A DNA stretch of 31,232 nt from Promethearchaeota archaeon (GCA_018238625.1 JABCSY010000048.1:1-31232), one strand, 5' to 3'. Positions 1-9,701 are shown, numbered from the stretch's first letter. The notes: generated by a model from the letters alone, not told the origin. Numbers and translations: made by a program.

Positions 1-1
1 A

Positions 2-1417
2 AGAGAGGGAGTAGAATTTACTCGAGCATATACTGCTTGTCCTTTATGCGGACCTGCCAGGCGTACAATGTTGACTGGTCTTTTTCCTCATAATCATGGT
101 GAAATAAAGAACGATACCAAGCATAAGTATGATAGAGAATTATATTTAGAAACACTAAAGAGAGCCGGATATAATAATTATTATATTGGAAAGTGGCATG
201 CTGGAAGGGGTACCGCAAAGGATTTTTATTGCGAAGGCTTTAATTATACGGGATATGGAAATCCATATACTAAACCAGAGTATAAGGAATATATAAACAA
301 GAACAATTTACCTCATTTTCAAGTACGGATTAAACGCGCGTTATTAGACCCCCATGGAGCATATACCAAAGCATTAAACATAAAAGAGGGTGAACTTTAT
401 AGTTCCAATTTTGTTACGGCCGCAGAACATGCTGTAGGTCCGATGACTACTCCAAAAGAGACTCACGAGGCTTTTTTTTTAGCCCATTTAGCATGCAAAA
501 AATTAGAGGAAATTAATAAATCAGGAAATAAAACTCCTTTTCATTTAAGGGTTGATTTCTGGGGACCTCATCAACCTTATTATGCTGCTCCAGAATTTGT
601 AGACTTGTATGATCCTAGGGATATACCTGAACTCCCAAGCTTTCGTGATGATTTAAAAAATAAACCAGAGATCTATAAATCAAATTTTGATTATCCTATT
701 AGTAAAGATGGTAAATTAATTTTCCCAAATCCTTTATCTTGGGACACATGGCAAGAAATTTTAACCTATAGCTATGCGCAACAAACACTTATTGATGAAG
801 CAATGGGTTTAATTCTTGATAAATTAGAGGAACTTGGATTAGTAAAAAATACGATGATCATAATGTCTTCCGATCATGGAGATTCTGTTGCTAGTTTTGG
901 AGGTCATTTTGATAAAGATGCGTTTATGCCTGAAGAAATGATCCGGATTCCATTTTTAATACGTTATCCCGATGTAATCCCTCCAGGATTAAAGTTAGAC
1001 AAACTTGTGAGTAATATAGATTTGGCACCAACCATTCTTGATGCTGCTGGTACTTCTTTTGCCGAACCTATAGACGGTCAAAGCCTTTTATCTCTGTTTA
1101 CGAAAAAAGATATTAATTGGCGAGAAGATATAATGTGTGAGACTCATGGACACTATACTAAACATTTAGGTCGAGTTATCATTACTGATCAATACAAATA
1201 CATTTGGAATGATGGAGATATGGATGAACTTTATGATATCAAGATAGATCCCTTTCAATTAAATAATCTAATCAATAAAGCTTATTTTGGCAATATTCTC
1301 ATTGATATGAAAGCCCGATTGAAACGATGGAAAGAAAAAACGGGAGACAATATCACCAAAAACATGATTGTAGGAAGAAAATTGAAAAGAAACATAAATT
1401 CAACTCAACCGAAGTAA
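2..1417 (+). CDS. Sulfatase (formylglycine-dependent, arylsulfatase/choline-sulfatase-like), 5' end outside window
   Basis: The frame is open from position 2 (REGVEFTRAYTACPLCGPARRTMLTG). It contains the CxPxR signature (CGPAR, 47-61) upstream of the ORF-track ATG at 68, plus GKWH, PHQPY, SDHG, DLAPTILD and ELYD..DP motifs. Confidence 0.93.
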   Translation, partial: REGVEFTRAYTACPLCGPARRTMLTGLFPHNHGEIKNDTKHKYDRELYLETLKRAGYNNYYIGKWHAGRGTAKDFYCEGFNYTGYGNPYTKPEYKEYINKNNLPHFQVRIKRALLDPHGAYTKALNIKEGELYSSNFVTAAEHAVGPMTTPKETHEAFFLAHLACKKLEEINKSGNKTPFHLRVDFWGPHQPYYAAPEFVDLYDPRDIPELPSFRDDLKNKPEIYKSNFDYPISKDGKLIFPNPLSWDTWQEILTYSYAQQTLIDEAMGLILDKLEELGLVKNTMIIMSSDHGDSVASFGGHFDKDAFMPEEMIRIPFLIRYPDVIPPGLKLDKLVSNIDLAPTILDAAGTSFAEPIDGQSLLSLFTKKDINWREDIMCETHGHYTKHLGRVIITDQYKYIWNDGDMDELYDIKIDPFQLNNLINKAYFGNILIDMKARLKRWKEKTGDNITKNMIVGRKLKRNINSTQPK

Positions 1418-1493
1418 ACAAAATTAATAATTACTAAAACGTAATCTAATCTAAATATAATAATTATTCAAAAAATAATAAAGGTATAAAAAT

Positions 1494-2522
1494 ATGTTTG
1501 ATAGTTCGCATTGCGCGGAATGCAAAACGGTTGACTGTATGATGAAATGTCAGTGGATCGATTTTGATAGTGTTGAAACTGCTAAGCAAGAAATCACTAA
1601 ATTAATTAATGAAGATGAAGATTGTAGAATATTGAAAGAATGTATGCTTTGTTTTTCTTGCGATGAGTATTGCCCTTACAATTCGCATCCTTTTGATAAA
1701 ATAAATGAATTACAAGAAAAATACCAATCTCAAGATATCTTACCTGCTATAGCTCAAAACTCTATTAATATGTACAAAGCAAAAGGAGAATTTGTTCCAC
1801 GTCCAATTGATCCTGGAAAACCGGTTTTAAATAAATGTGCTTTCCCTAAAATGAATGCTAAAGAAATGAAAGGACCAATGTTTGATGATCTACAATCTGT
1901 TGGTGGTTTACATTTTTTTTGCCAATTAGTATACCAACACGTTGCAAAACCTTCCATAATCAAAGAACGTGTCCCAATTGTTCTTGAAAACTTCAGAAAG
2001 ACAGGTGTTTTAAAAGATACTGAGGTAATCTGTTGGCATGACGAGTGTTATGGCTTGTATACCTCTTATTGTCAAAGAAATAACCTTGAAGTTCCTTTCA
2101 AACCAATTCATATATTCGAATATGTCTATAATTATTTAAAAGAGCACGAGTCTGACATTAAAAAACTAAACTTAAAAGCAGCATATCAACGAAATTGCTC
2201 AAATCGCTACATTCCTGAAACTGACAAAATCCTTGATAAAATTTGTGAATTAATTGGAGTAGAACGAGTTGCAAGGAAATACGATAGGGAAAATGGTCTA
2301 TGTTGTGCTGCACCTTTTGGAATGAGAGGCCATAAAAAAAAAGTTCGCAAATCACAAAATGATAACGTTCAAGATATGGTAGATTTTGGTGCTCAAGTTT
2401 GCATATTCAATTGTCCAATGTGTTTAGACACGCTAGAACGAAAAGTAACTGGTAAAGGGATGAAAGCTTACTTTATCAGTGATTTAGCAAGACTTGCTCT
2501 GGGCGAGAAATTAGATTATTAA
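1494..2522 (+). CDS. (Fe-S)-binding protein, HdrD/GlpC-like (ferredoxin-type Cys motifs + degenerate CCG domains), paralog 1
   Basis: CxxCxxxxCxxxC and CxxCxxCxxxCP at the N-terminus; HDECY, YQRNCSNR, LCCAA and NCPMC in the CCG-domain positions. Confidence 0.85.
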   Translation: MFDSSHCAECKTVDCMMKCQWIDFDSVETAKQEITKLINEDEDCRILKECMLCFSCDEYCPYNSHPFDKINELQEKYQSQDILPAIAQNSINMYKAKGEFVPRPIDPGKPVLNKCAFPKMNAKEMKGPMFDDLQSVGGLHFFCQLVYQHVAKPSIIKERVPIVLENFRKTGVLKDTEVICWHDECYGLYTSYCQRNNLEVPFKPIHIFEYVYNYLKEHESDIKKLNLKAAYQRNCSNRYIPETDKILDKICELIGVERVARKYDRENGLCCAAPFGMRGHKKKVRKSQNDNVQDMVDFGAQVCIFNCPMCLDTLERKVTGKGMKAYFISDLARLALGEKLDY

Positions 2523-2537
2523 AGAAGGAACTAGTAA

Positions 2538-2564
2538 TTTTTTCTTTTTTTTCAATTATTTTTT
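2538..2564. terminator. Oligo-T tract between convergent genes (archaeal-type terminator)
   Basis: TTTTTTCTTTTTTTTCAATTATTTTTT directly after the stop at 2522. Confidence 0.5.
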
Positions 2565-2602
2565 ACAAACTCCTCTCTTGAATCTTTAGTAACTGAAATA
2601 GA

Positions 2603-3217
2603 TTAATTTTTTACAGGATAATATTCGTAGAAGGCACTAAATATTTCTTTAAAAGGCAGTTTATGATTTGTTCCTCTATCCTTTAGATATTCTACGTATT
2701 TTTCACCGCTTAAAGTAGTACTTGGAAGGATTGCATCATGAATTCCATCAAATTCTACGGTTTTATATCCGAATTTGTCACACAATTCCTTATTAAACGC
2801 AGGAGTTGCTTTAATCCATTTTCCATCAATATATAAGTCCGTATAACCATGATAAAGAAAAATATTCGTTCCCATTTTCTCTTTCAATTTTTCAGGCGTT
2901 TGATGGTTTTGAATATCAGCGAAATGAAGTCTAGCAGGTATATCTACTGCTCGAGCCAATGCGGTTAGAACTACCGCTTTTTGTACGCACCAACCTTGAC
3001 CTTTTTCAATAATTGCAGATGCTTTATATCTCTTTCGCATAGAAGAAAGACTATGGGCATCATATTTTATTTCATCCCTCGTCCAATAAAATAACTTGAT
3101 TGCCTTTTCTTTAGGATCTATCGCCTCTTTAACAATATTACTAGCGGTTTTTCGAACGATTTCAGAATCGAAATCTATGAAATAAGAATTACTTAAAGAT
3201 GTCTCCATTTTTTTCAA
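2603..3217 (-). CDS. Transglutaminase-like domain protein
   Basis: LFYWTRDEIKY, GWCVQKAVVLTALARAVDIPAR (catalytic Cys), HGYTDLYIDGKW (catalytic His). Confidence 0.88.
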   Translation of the reverse strand: MKKMETSLSNSYFIDFDSEIVRKTASNIVKEAIDPKEKAIKLFYWTRDEIKYDAHSLSSMRKRYKASAIIEKGQGWCVQKAVVLTALARAVDIPARLHFADIQNHQTPEKLKEKMGTNIFLYHGYTDLYIDGKWIKATPAFNKELCDKFGYKTVEFDGIHDAILPSTTLSGEKYVEYLKDRGTNHKLPFKEIFSAFYEYYPVKN

Positions 3218-3267
3218 TTTCCTAAATTATAATAATTAAAAATAAAAAAAGTTGATAAAAGTTTTGA

Positions 3268-4299
3268 TTATTTTAGCATGGCTGTGTTTTTCCTTATCGT
3301 ATTTTCTGCGTCCTTCATAATTTTCTCAATGATTTCATTTACTCCATCAATACTATCAATTATTCCAATTGATTGACCGAGCAATACAGCGCCTGTTTCC
3401 ATATCTCCTGAATAAACCCTGTCGTATGCTCCTAAATCTTTCGCTCGCTGTTCGGGAGACATTGATTCCTCATAAGCTATCATTTCTTCTTTACTGCTAG
3501 GTGCGGGATGTGAGAGGGCATATTTATTTTTATACAGACGTATAGGTCCAAATGCTCCGGTGTAGAGTCCTGTATCTTGTGGGCTCCCTGGTGGAATCAA
3601 TGATTTATAATCATCATGAAATTCGCTTTCTTTTGATGCTATAAAGCGTGATCCCATAGCTACTGCATCTGCTCCTAATGAAAGAGCTGCCACCAAAGAC
3701 TCCCCAGTAGCAAACCCTCCACAAGCTATTTTAGGTAAATTAGGGAAGTATTTGTTTATCTGTTGCAATAAAACAAGGGTTGATACTCTTTCATATGATT
3801 GATGCCCTCCCCCCTCGGTACCAGTAACGACTATACCATCCACATTAGCATCTATGCATTTTTGTGCTAACCCTACTGATGGTGCTACGTGAAAGTGTTT
3901 AACTTCCGAATTTGCTCTTAATTCTTGAAAGTATTTAGATGCAGGTAATAGTTTTGAAGAACCTGCAGAAGTTAACCAATACTTGCATTGATCTCGCATT
4001 CTCACATTGCCCATGACAATTCTCGGGATGTTTCTTATCATTGCTTTAACGCCTGGATTATTTCTAGAAGTAAGGAAGTTAATACCAAATGGTTTATCTG
4101 TATGCTCTATCATATATTCTATACTCTTTTTATGCTCCTCTACAGGATCAGTTCCAACAATATTCACATTTGATAGAACACCCAAACCTCCAGCTTCACT
4201 AACTGCAAGAGCCAAGTCTCGCGTAAAGAATGGGCCCATTGGGGCACTAAATATCGGATATTTAATGCCAAACATTTTTGTAATATCTGTTTTAATCAT
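3268..4299 (-). CDS. Nitronate monooxygenase / FabK-like FMN-dependent oxidoreductase
   Basis: YPIFSAPMG, AVSEAGGLGVL, TDKPFGIN, EGGGH, IACGGF, LGADAVAMGSRF, GQSIGII. Confidence 0.9.
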   Translation of the reverse strand: MIKTDITKMFGIKYPIFSAPMGPFFTRDLALAVSEAGGLGVLSNVNIVGTDPVEEHKKSIEYMIEHTDKPFGINFLTSRNNPGVKAMIRNIPRIVMGNVRMRDQCKYWLTSAGSSKLLPASKYFQELRANSEVKHFHVAPSVGLAQKCIDANVDGIVVTGTEGGGHQSYERVSTLVLLQQINKYFPNLPKIACGGFATGESLVAALSLGADAVAMGSRFIASKESEFHDDYKSLIPPGSPQDTGLYTGAFGPIRLYKNKYALSHPAPSSKEEMIAYEESMSPEQRAKDLGAYDRVYSGDMETGAVLLGQSIGIIDSIDGVNEIIEKIMKDAENTIRKNTAMLK

Positions 4300-4407
4300 T
4301 CAAATTACCTTAAGATTTAAAAAATTAACAGCATTTTTAAACATAATTTTTTAACATCTATTACGTTTTAACCGTAAGTATTAAAGAAATAGTCATAATG
4401 ATTATAA

Positions 4408-4635
4408 ATGAAAATAAAACATATCAAATGCACCATTTGTGACAGTAAACTTAGATATAATAACGATTTAGACAATTTTACTTGTTCAGTTTGTAATGCT
4501 AGTTATGAAGGAGAAATCTTTCATTTTTCGCATGAAAGAAAATTTTCTTTTCGCTTTAAAAAATATAGTTTATTAATTGCACTCTTAGGTGCATTATATC
4601 TTGTATATCTAACGTATAGAATCTTTTATTATTAA
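4408..4635 (+). CDS. Small zinc-ribbon protein with C-terminal transmembrane helix
   Basis: CTIC...CSVC pair followed by a hydrophobic segment (YSLLIALLGALYLVYLTY); fills the intergenic gap. Confidence 0.7.
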   Translation: MKIKHIKCTICDSKLRYNNDLDNFTCSVCNASYEGEIFHFSHERKFSFRFKKYSLLIALLGALYLVYLTYRIFYY

Positions 4636-4737
4636 TTTAGGGATTGAAAAGTTTTTATTTTTTTCAATTATTTTAAATAATATTAATAATTTTTAGCATT
4701 AAAAATACAAAGATTAAGCCTTGTCAGAGGAATTATA

Positions 4738-6450
4738 ATGCTCTATCCACAAAGAAATTTATTTCGTCAGTTTATCGAATTGTCTAGCTTTTGGGAATTT
4801 CGTTTTGACACAAACAATAAAGGGTTGGATGAGAATTGGAAGAATGGATTTAGTAATAGTCGCCCAATAGCTGTACCTGCCAGTTGGAACGATCAATTTG
4901 CGGAGGGTCGCGATAATTTAGGACCTGCGTGGTATCAATGTAGTTTTGTGAAACCCTGGGATTGGGATAATAAAAAAACCATAATTAGATTTGGCTCGGT
5001 TAATTATCTATCTGATGTGTGGTTAAATGGTGAGATGGTAGGTCATCACGAAGGAGGGCATCTACCCTTTGAATACGATATATCTAACAAGATCGAACCG
5101 GAAGACAATCTTCTTGTAGTTAGAGTAGATGGGAGGTTATCAGACAATCACGTACCACCCAGAGGTCGTCCAATGAATTATCCTCAAACTAACTTTGACT
5201 TTTTTCCCTTCTGCGGAATTCATAGACCAGTATTACTATATGCTATTCCTAAAGAAGGATTAAGGGATATAACTGTTATAACATCTATAAAAGATACCAC
5301 GGGAATACTAGATGTTTCAATAGAAACTGTCAACTTAAATGATGTCCATGTGAATATTTCTCTAAAAGGATTTGGATTAAATTTAACTAATACATCGAAA
5401 ATTGAGCAAAATATTCAAAAATTGACATTAGAAGTAAAAGAAGCGAAGTTTTGGAATACAGAAACACCTAATTTATACGACCTAACGGTTGACATCGTAA
5501 AAGAGGATGTTATAATTGATTCTTATTCGCTTAAAGTAGGAATTCGAACTATAGAAGTGAAAGGAGATAAGTTGCTATTAAATGGTAAACCCATTTATCT
5601 AACAGGATTTGGACGCCACGAGGACTTTCCAATTACAGGGAGAGGGTACATTCCTGCAATTATAATTAAAGATTATTCATTGATGAATTGGATCGGAGCT
5701 AACTCTTTTCGAACTTCGCATTATCCTTACTCAGAACAAATGATGGATTTAGGAGATCGTCTTGGTTTTTTGGTCATTGACGAAATTCCTGCCGTAGGTC
5801 TTACATTTAAAAAAGATGTAATTGATAGGCAACTAGAATTATGTAGTCAATACATTGAAGAATTAGTAAAGAGAGATAAAAACCATCCAAGCGTTATAAT
5901 GTGGAGCTTGGCAAACGAACCGCACAATAGCTTGAAATCGGGGGGCTTTTTTAGAACTTTATACGACAGGACAAAAGAATTAGATAGTACTCGCCCCGTA
6001 ACTGTAGTAAATATGATGGGAGTAAAAGAAAAAGCTTTTGAATTCTGCGATGTATTATGTATCAATCGATATTATGGATGGTATTTACAACCAGGAAACT
6101 TAGACGAAGCTTGCGAACTTCTTTCAAAAGAAATGGACAAGTTATACGTAAAACATCGTAAACCAATTATTCTCAGTGAATTTGGAGCAGACACAATTCC
6201 TGGATGGCATTCTCAACCGCCCGAAATGTTTAGCGAAGAATACCAAACTGAATTCCTAGAAAAATATATTGGAGTCTGTCGGAGTAAACCTTATGTAGTA
6301 GGCGAGCATGTATGGAATATGTGCGACTTTAAAACGTCTCAAGGAATTGTTCGAATGGGATCGATAAATTATAAAGGCGTTTTTACTCGAGATAGAAGGC
6401 CTAAAATGGCAGCACATTTATTGCGCAGATTATGGAATAAAAAAGAATAA
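4738..6450 (+). CDS. uidA: Beta-glucuronidase, glycoside hydrolase family 2
   Basis: AVPASWND, HEGGHLPFE, FDFFPFCGIHRPV, GFGRHED, ANSFRTSHYPY, WSLANEP (acid/base Glu), SEFGAD (nucleophile Glu) and the glucuronidase N-x-K motif NYKGVFTRDRRPK. Confidence 0.93.
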   Translation: MLYPQRNLFRQFIELSSFWEFRFDTNNKGLDENWKNGFSNSRPIAVPASWNDQFAEGRDNLGPAWYQCSFVKPWDWDNKKTIIRFGSVNYLSDVWLNGEMVGHHEGGHLPFEYDISNKIEPEDNLLVVRVDGRLSDNHVPPRGRPMNYPQTNFDFFPFCGIHRPVLLYAIPKEGLRDITVITSIKDTTGILDVSIETVNLNDVHVNISLKGFGLNLTNTSKIEQNIQKLTLEVKEAKFWNTETPNLYDLTVDIVKEDVIIDSYSLKVGIRTIEVKGDKLLLNGKPIYLTGFGRHEDFPITGRGYIPAIIIKDYSLMNWIGANSFRTSHYPYSEQMMDLGDRLGFLVIDEIPAVGLTFKKDVIDRQLELCSQYIEELVKRDKNHPSVIMWSLANEPHNSLKSGGFFRTLYDRTKELDSTRPVTVVNMMGVKEKAFEFCDVLCINRYYGWYLQPGNLDEACELLSKEMDKLYVKHRKPIILSEFGADTIPGWHSQPPEMFSEEYQTEFLEKYIGVCRSKPYVVGEHVWNMCDFKTSQGIVRMGSINYKGVFTRDRRPKMAAHLLRRLWNKKE

Positions 6451-6528
6451 AAATTTAAATAATCCCGTAGAGAAGATAGGGAGACAGAAAAGTAATACAA
6501 AAAAATTATGAGTTTATTCTTTTTATGA

Positions 6529-6708
6529 TTGTTAACTTCGGAACTGATTTTAATGGCTGGACAATTAAAATGCCAATATCGTATGAAACTATCATATAAC
6601 GATTGTATAGCAATAACTATTGCTCTACAAAAAAAAGCAAAGTTTCATACTACAGAAAAAAATTTACCAAAAATTAAAAATTTGCAAATTATCAAATATG
6701 AGTTCTAA
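6529..6708 (+). pseudogene. C-terminal remnant of a PIN/VapC-like ribonuclease
   Basis: Manual translation gives LLTSELILMAGQLKCQYRMKLSYNDCIAITIALQKKAKFHTTEKNLPKIKNLQIIKYEF*. This fits the PIN C-terminal pattern A-x-x-K-x-x-Y...LS-x-x-D-C-x-x-x-x-x-A...T-x-[DE]. The N-terminal half is missing and an in-frame TGA lies at 6526. Confidence 0.6.
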
Positions 6709-6792
6709 ATGTTTTGATATTGAACTAAAATACATAAATAATAGACAATTTTAGCAATAAAATTGTAAAACTTAAAGTAAGATGATTAGAAA

Positions 6793-7308
6793 ATGAGAGA
6801 AGATTTAGAAAAACTTACTAAAGAAGAATTAATTAATTATATTGAGGACCTAAGTAAAAACTGGTTAGCAATCGATGGAACTTGGTTCCAGGTTGCAGAG
6901 AGGGAATATGGGCTGGAAAGGGCCATCGAACTCGATGTGGAACAATGGAAAAGATTTACTGTAATAGAAGCAAAACGCATAATGAAAAGTTTTAATATTC
7001 CCAAAAATGGAGGTATTCCTGCATTAATTAAAGCTTTAAAGTTCAGAGTGTATGCAAACATTAACGTACAAGAAATTTTGGAGGTTTCTGAAAATCGGTG
7101 CGTGTTCCGTATGAACAATTGTCGAGTTCAATTCGCCAGAAAAAGTAGAGATCTTCCCGATTTCCCTTGCAAACCTGTAGGCGTTATTGAATACGGCGAT
7201 TTTGCAAAAACTATTGACCCTAGAATCGAAACAAAATGTATATGCTGTCCTCCCGATAGTCACCCAGATAATTACTATTGTGCATGGGAATTTACTCTTG
7301 AAGTTTAG
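6793..7308 (+). CDS. DUF6125-like protein (V4R/ATC-hydrolase-related metal-binding fold)
   Basis: NWLAIDGTWF, EAKRI, CRVQFARK...FPCKPVG...FAKTIDPRI..CICCPPD.HP...CAWEF pattern. Confidence 0.75.
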   Translation: MREDLEKLTKEELINYIEDLSKNWLAIDGTWFQVAEREYGLERAIELDVEQWKRFTVIEAKRIMKSFNIPKNGGIPALIKALKFRVYANINVQEILEVSENRCVFRMNNCRVQFARKSRDLPDFPCKPVGVIEYGDFAKTIDPRIETKCICCPPDSHPDNYYCAWEFTLEV

Positions 7309-7401
7309 CATAACAAATTTTAAGAAAACTTATTTATATTACTTAAATTTCATTTTAAATATTAATTTATAAAAAATTCATATATTAAATGAGTGTAAAA
7401 A

Positions 7402-8421
7402 ATGTTTGATAGTTCACATTGTGCAGATTGTGAGAAAGTTGATTGTTTAACTCGCTGTCAATGGATTGAATTCAATGATATCGAGGAAGCACGAGCAGAA
7501 AAAAGTAAGATGATTAACGGAGAGGAATCTCGCGTGTTATCAGAATGCGTTACATGTTTTGCTTGTGACGAATATTGTCCTTATAACTCTCATCCTTTCG
7601 ATTTAATAACAGAATTACAGGAGAAGTATAATTCTTTAAGTATTAACGCTACCATACTTGAAAATACAATAAAAAGATACGCACCTCATACGGAATTAAG
7701 ATTAAAGGAAATCGATCCAAATAAGCCCGTACTAAATAAATGTGCATTTGGAAAAACAGATATTAAACGTATGCAGGGACAATTGTTTGAAAATCTACAA
7801 TATGTAAGTGGTCTTGATTTTTTTTGCAATTTAATGTATCATCATTACGCAAGGGATTCTATAATTAAAGAAAGAGCACCAATAATTATTGAAAATATAA
7901 AAAAGCAAGGTATTAAAGAAATGATTTGCTATCACGACGAATGCTACGGTTTCTACGCTTCTTATTGCCCTCGAAACAACATAGAACTTCCACCAGATTT
8001 TAAACCGATTCATATCTACGAATATCTCTATAACTATTTAAAAGAACACGAGTCTGATATTAAAAAGCTAAATATGAAAATTGCTTATCAAAGGTCTTGC
8101 TCAAATAGGTTTATTCCTGAAATTGATGAATATGTAAACAAAATCTGTAAGTTAATAGATGTTGAAAGAGTTGAGAGAAAGTACGATCGAGAAAATGCTA
8201 TGTGTTGTGCTGGTTTGTTCGCAAGTCTCGGTAAAAAAACTTTAATGCGCAAAGCTCAAAACGATAATGTAAACGATATGTTAGAACATGGTGCTGAAGC
8301 TTGTGTTTATACTTGTCCTATGTGTATGGAAAGCCTAGGCTCTAAAGTGGGACGGAAAGGATTAACAAATTATATCCTTAGTGATTTATGCCGGCTGGCA
8401 CTTGGGGAATCGTTAGAATAG
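7402..8421 (+). CDS. (Fe-S)-binding protein, HdrD/GlpC-like, paralog 2
   Basis: Same Cys motifs as 1494..2522, collinear along the full length. Confidence 0.87.
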   Translation: MFDSSHCADCEKVDCLTRCQWIEFNDIEEARAEKSKMINGEESRVLSECVTCFACDEYCPYNSHPFDLITELQEKYNSLSINATILENTIKRYAPHTELRLKEIDPNKPVLNKCAFGKTDIKRMQGQLFENLQYVSGLDFFCNLMYHHYARDSIIKERAPIIIENIKKQGIKEMICYHDECYGFYASYCPRNNIELPPDFKPIHIYEYLYNYLKEHESDIKKLNMKIAYQRSCSNRFIPEIDEYVNKICKLIDVERVERKYDRENAMCCAGLFASLGKKTLMRKAQNDNVNDMLEHGAEACVYTCPMCMESLGSKVGRKGLTNYILSDLCRLALGESLE

Positions 8422-8477
8422 GTTTATTCGGAATTGCTAAATTTTTTTTTTCTTAAAAATCTTTTTATATTATTAGT

Positions 8478-8511
8478 TCATATATCGTAAATGATCATAT
8501 ATCGTAAATGA
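8478..8511 (+). repeat. Perfect 17-bp tandem duplication TCATATATCGTAAATGA x2
   Basis: Copies at 8478-8494 and 8495-8511, overlapping the first ATG of paralog 3. Confidence 0.9.
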
Positions 8512-9542
8512 GTGTAAAAGAAATGTTTGATAGTTCACATTGTGCCGATTGTGAGAAAGTTGATTGTTTAACTCGCTGTCAATGGATTGAATTTGAAGAT
8601 GTTGAAGAAGCACGAGCAGAAAAAACTAAGATGATTAAAGGAGAGGAATCTCGAGTATTAACAGAGTGTGTAACTTGCTTTGCTTGCGACGAATATTGCC
8701 CTTACGGGGTTCATCCTTTCGATTTAATAACAGAATTACAGGAGAAGTATAATTCGTTAAATATTAATCCAAGTATACTAGAAAATACGATAAATAGATT
8801 TGCTCCACACGATCAAGTGAGATTAAAAGAAATTAATCCGGATAAACCCGTGTTAAATAAATGTGGATTAGCTAAAATAAACGCAAAAAATATGGAAGGG
8901 CAATTGTTTGAAAATTTACAATATGTTAGCGGCCTTGATTTTTTTTGTAATTTACTATATCATCATTACGCAAGAGACTCTGTAATTAAGGAGAGAGCTC
9001 CAATAATATTAGAAAACATTAGAATTCAAGGTATTAAAGAGATGATTTGCTATCACGACGAATGCTATGGATTCTACGCTTCTTATTGTCCTCGGAATAA
9101 TATAGAACTTCCACCTGGTTTTAAACCAATTCATATTTACGAATATCTCTATAAATATTTAAAAGAGCACGAATCTGATATTAAAAAACTTAACATAAAA
9201 ATTGCTTATCAAAGGTCTTGCTCAAATAGATTTATTCCAGACTCGGATGAGTGGGTAGATAAAATCTGTGAGTTGATAGGTGTTGAAAGGGTCGCAAGAA
9301 AGTACGATCGCGAGAATGCTATGTGCTGTGCAGCAATATTCGCAACTCTTGGTAAAAAAGCTTTAATGCGCAAAGCTCAAAACGATAATTTAAACGACAT
9401 GTTAGAACATGGTGCCGAAGGTTGTGTTTATAATTGTTCTTTGTGTAAGGAAGCTATAGGTGCTAAAGTAACGCGGAAGGGATTAAAAAATTATATTCTT
9501 AGTGATTTATGCAGATTGGCTCTTGGAGAATCGTTAGAATAG
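8508..9542 (+). CDS. (Fe-S)-binding protein, HdrD/GlpC-like, paralog 3 (tandem duplicate of paralog 2; true start may be ATG 8523)
   Basis: Long stretches identical to paralog 2 at protein and DNA level, e.g. MFDSSHCADCEKVDCLTRCQWIEF and CYHDECYGFYASYCPRNNIELPP. Confidence 0.87.
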   Translation: MSVKEMFDSSHCADCEKVDCLTRCQWIEFEDVEEARAEKTKMIKGEESRVLTECVTCFACDEYCPYGVHPFDLITELQEKYNSLNINPSILENTINRFAPHDQVRLKEINPDKPVLNKCGLAKINAKNMEGQLFENLQYVSGLDFFCNLLYHHYARDSVIKERAPIILENIRIQGIKEMICYHDECYGFYASYCPRNNIELPPGFKPIHIYEYLYKYLKEHESDIKKLNIKIAYQRSCSNRFIPDSDEWVDKICELIGVERVARKYDRENAMCCAAIFATLGKKALMRKAQNDNLNDMLEHGAEGCVYNCSLCKEAIGAKVTRKGLKNYILSDLCRLALGESLE

Positions 9543-9701
9543 CATTATTCTGGATTTTAGAGCAACAAATTTTTAAAAATCCTTCTATTTCTTTTTATTT
9601 TTTACTGTGAGAACGATCTGTAAATCAATATTAATAATTTTTAAGCTAGCAAATATATCAAAATATATTGAATAAACAAAATAAAATTAGGAAATGTTAA
9701 T

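Noticed and set aside
2603-3217. Transglutaminase-like protein lacking the usual third catalytic Asp (WIKATP) as a pseudo-enzyme
   Set aside because: Cys and His are intact and, as I recall, this variant is common in the subfamily.
6508-6531. In-frame TGA (6526) between ATG 6508 and the PIN-like frame as a possible selenocysteine codon
   Set aside because: The upstream codons (MSLFFL) are a T-rich tract, the position is not a Cys-equivalent catalytic site, and I see no SECIS-like element.
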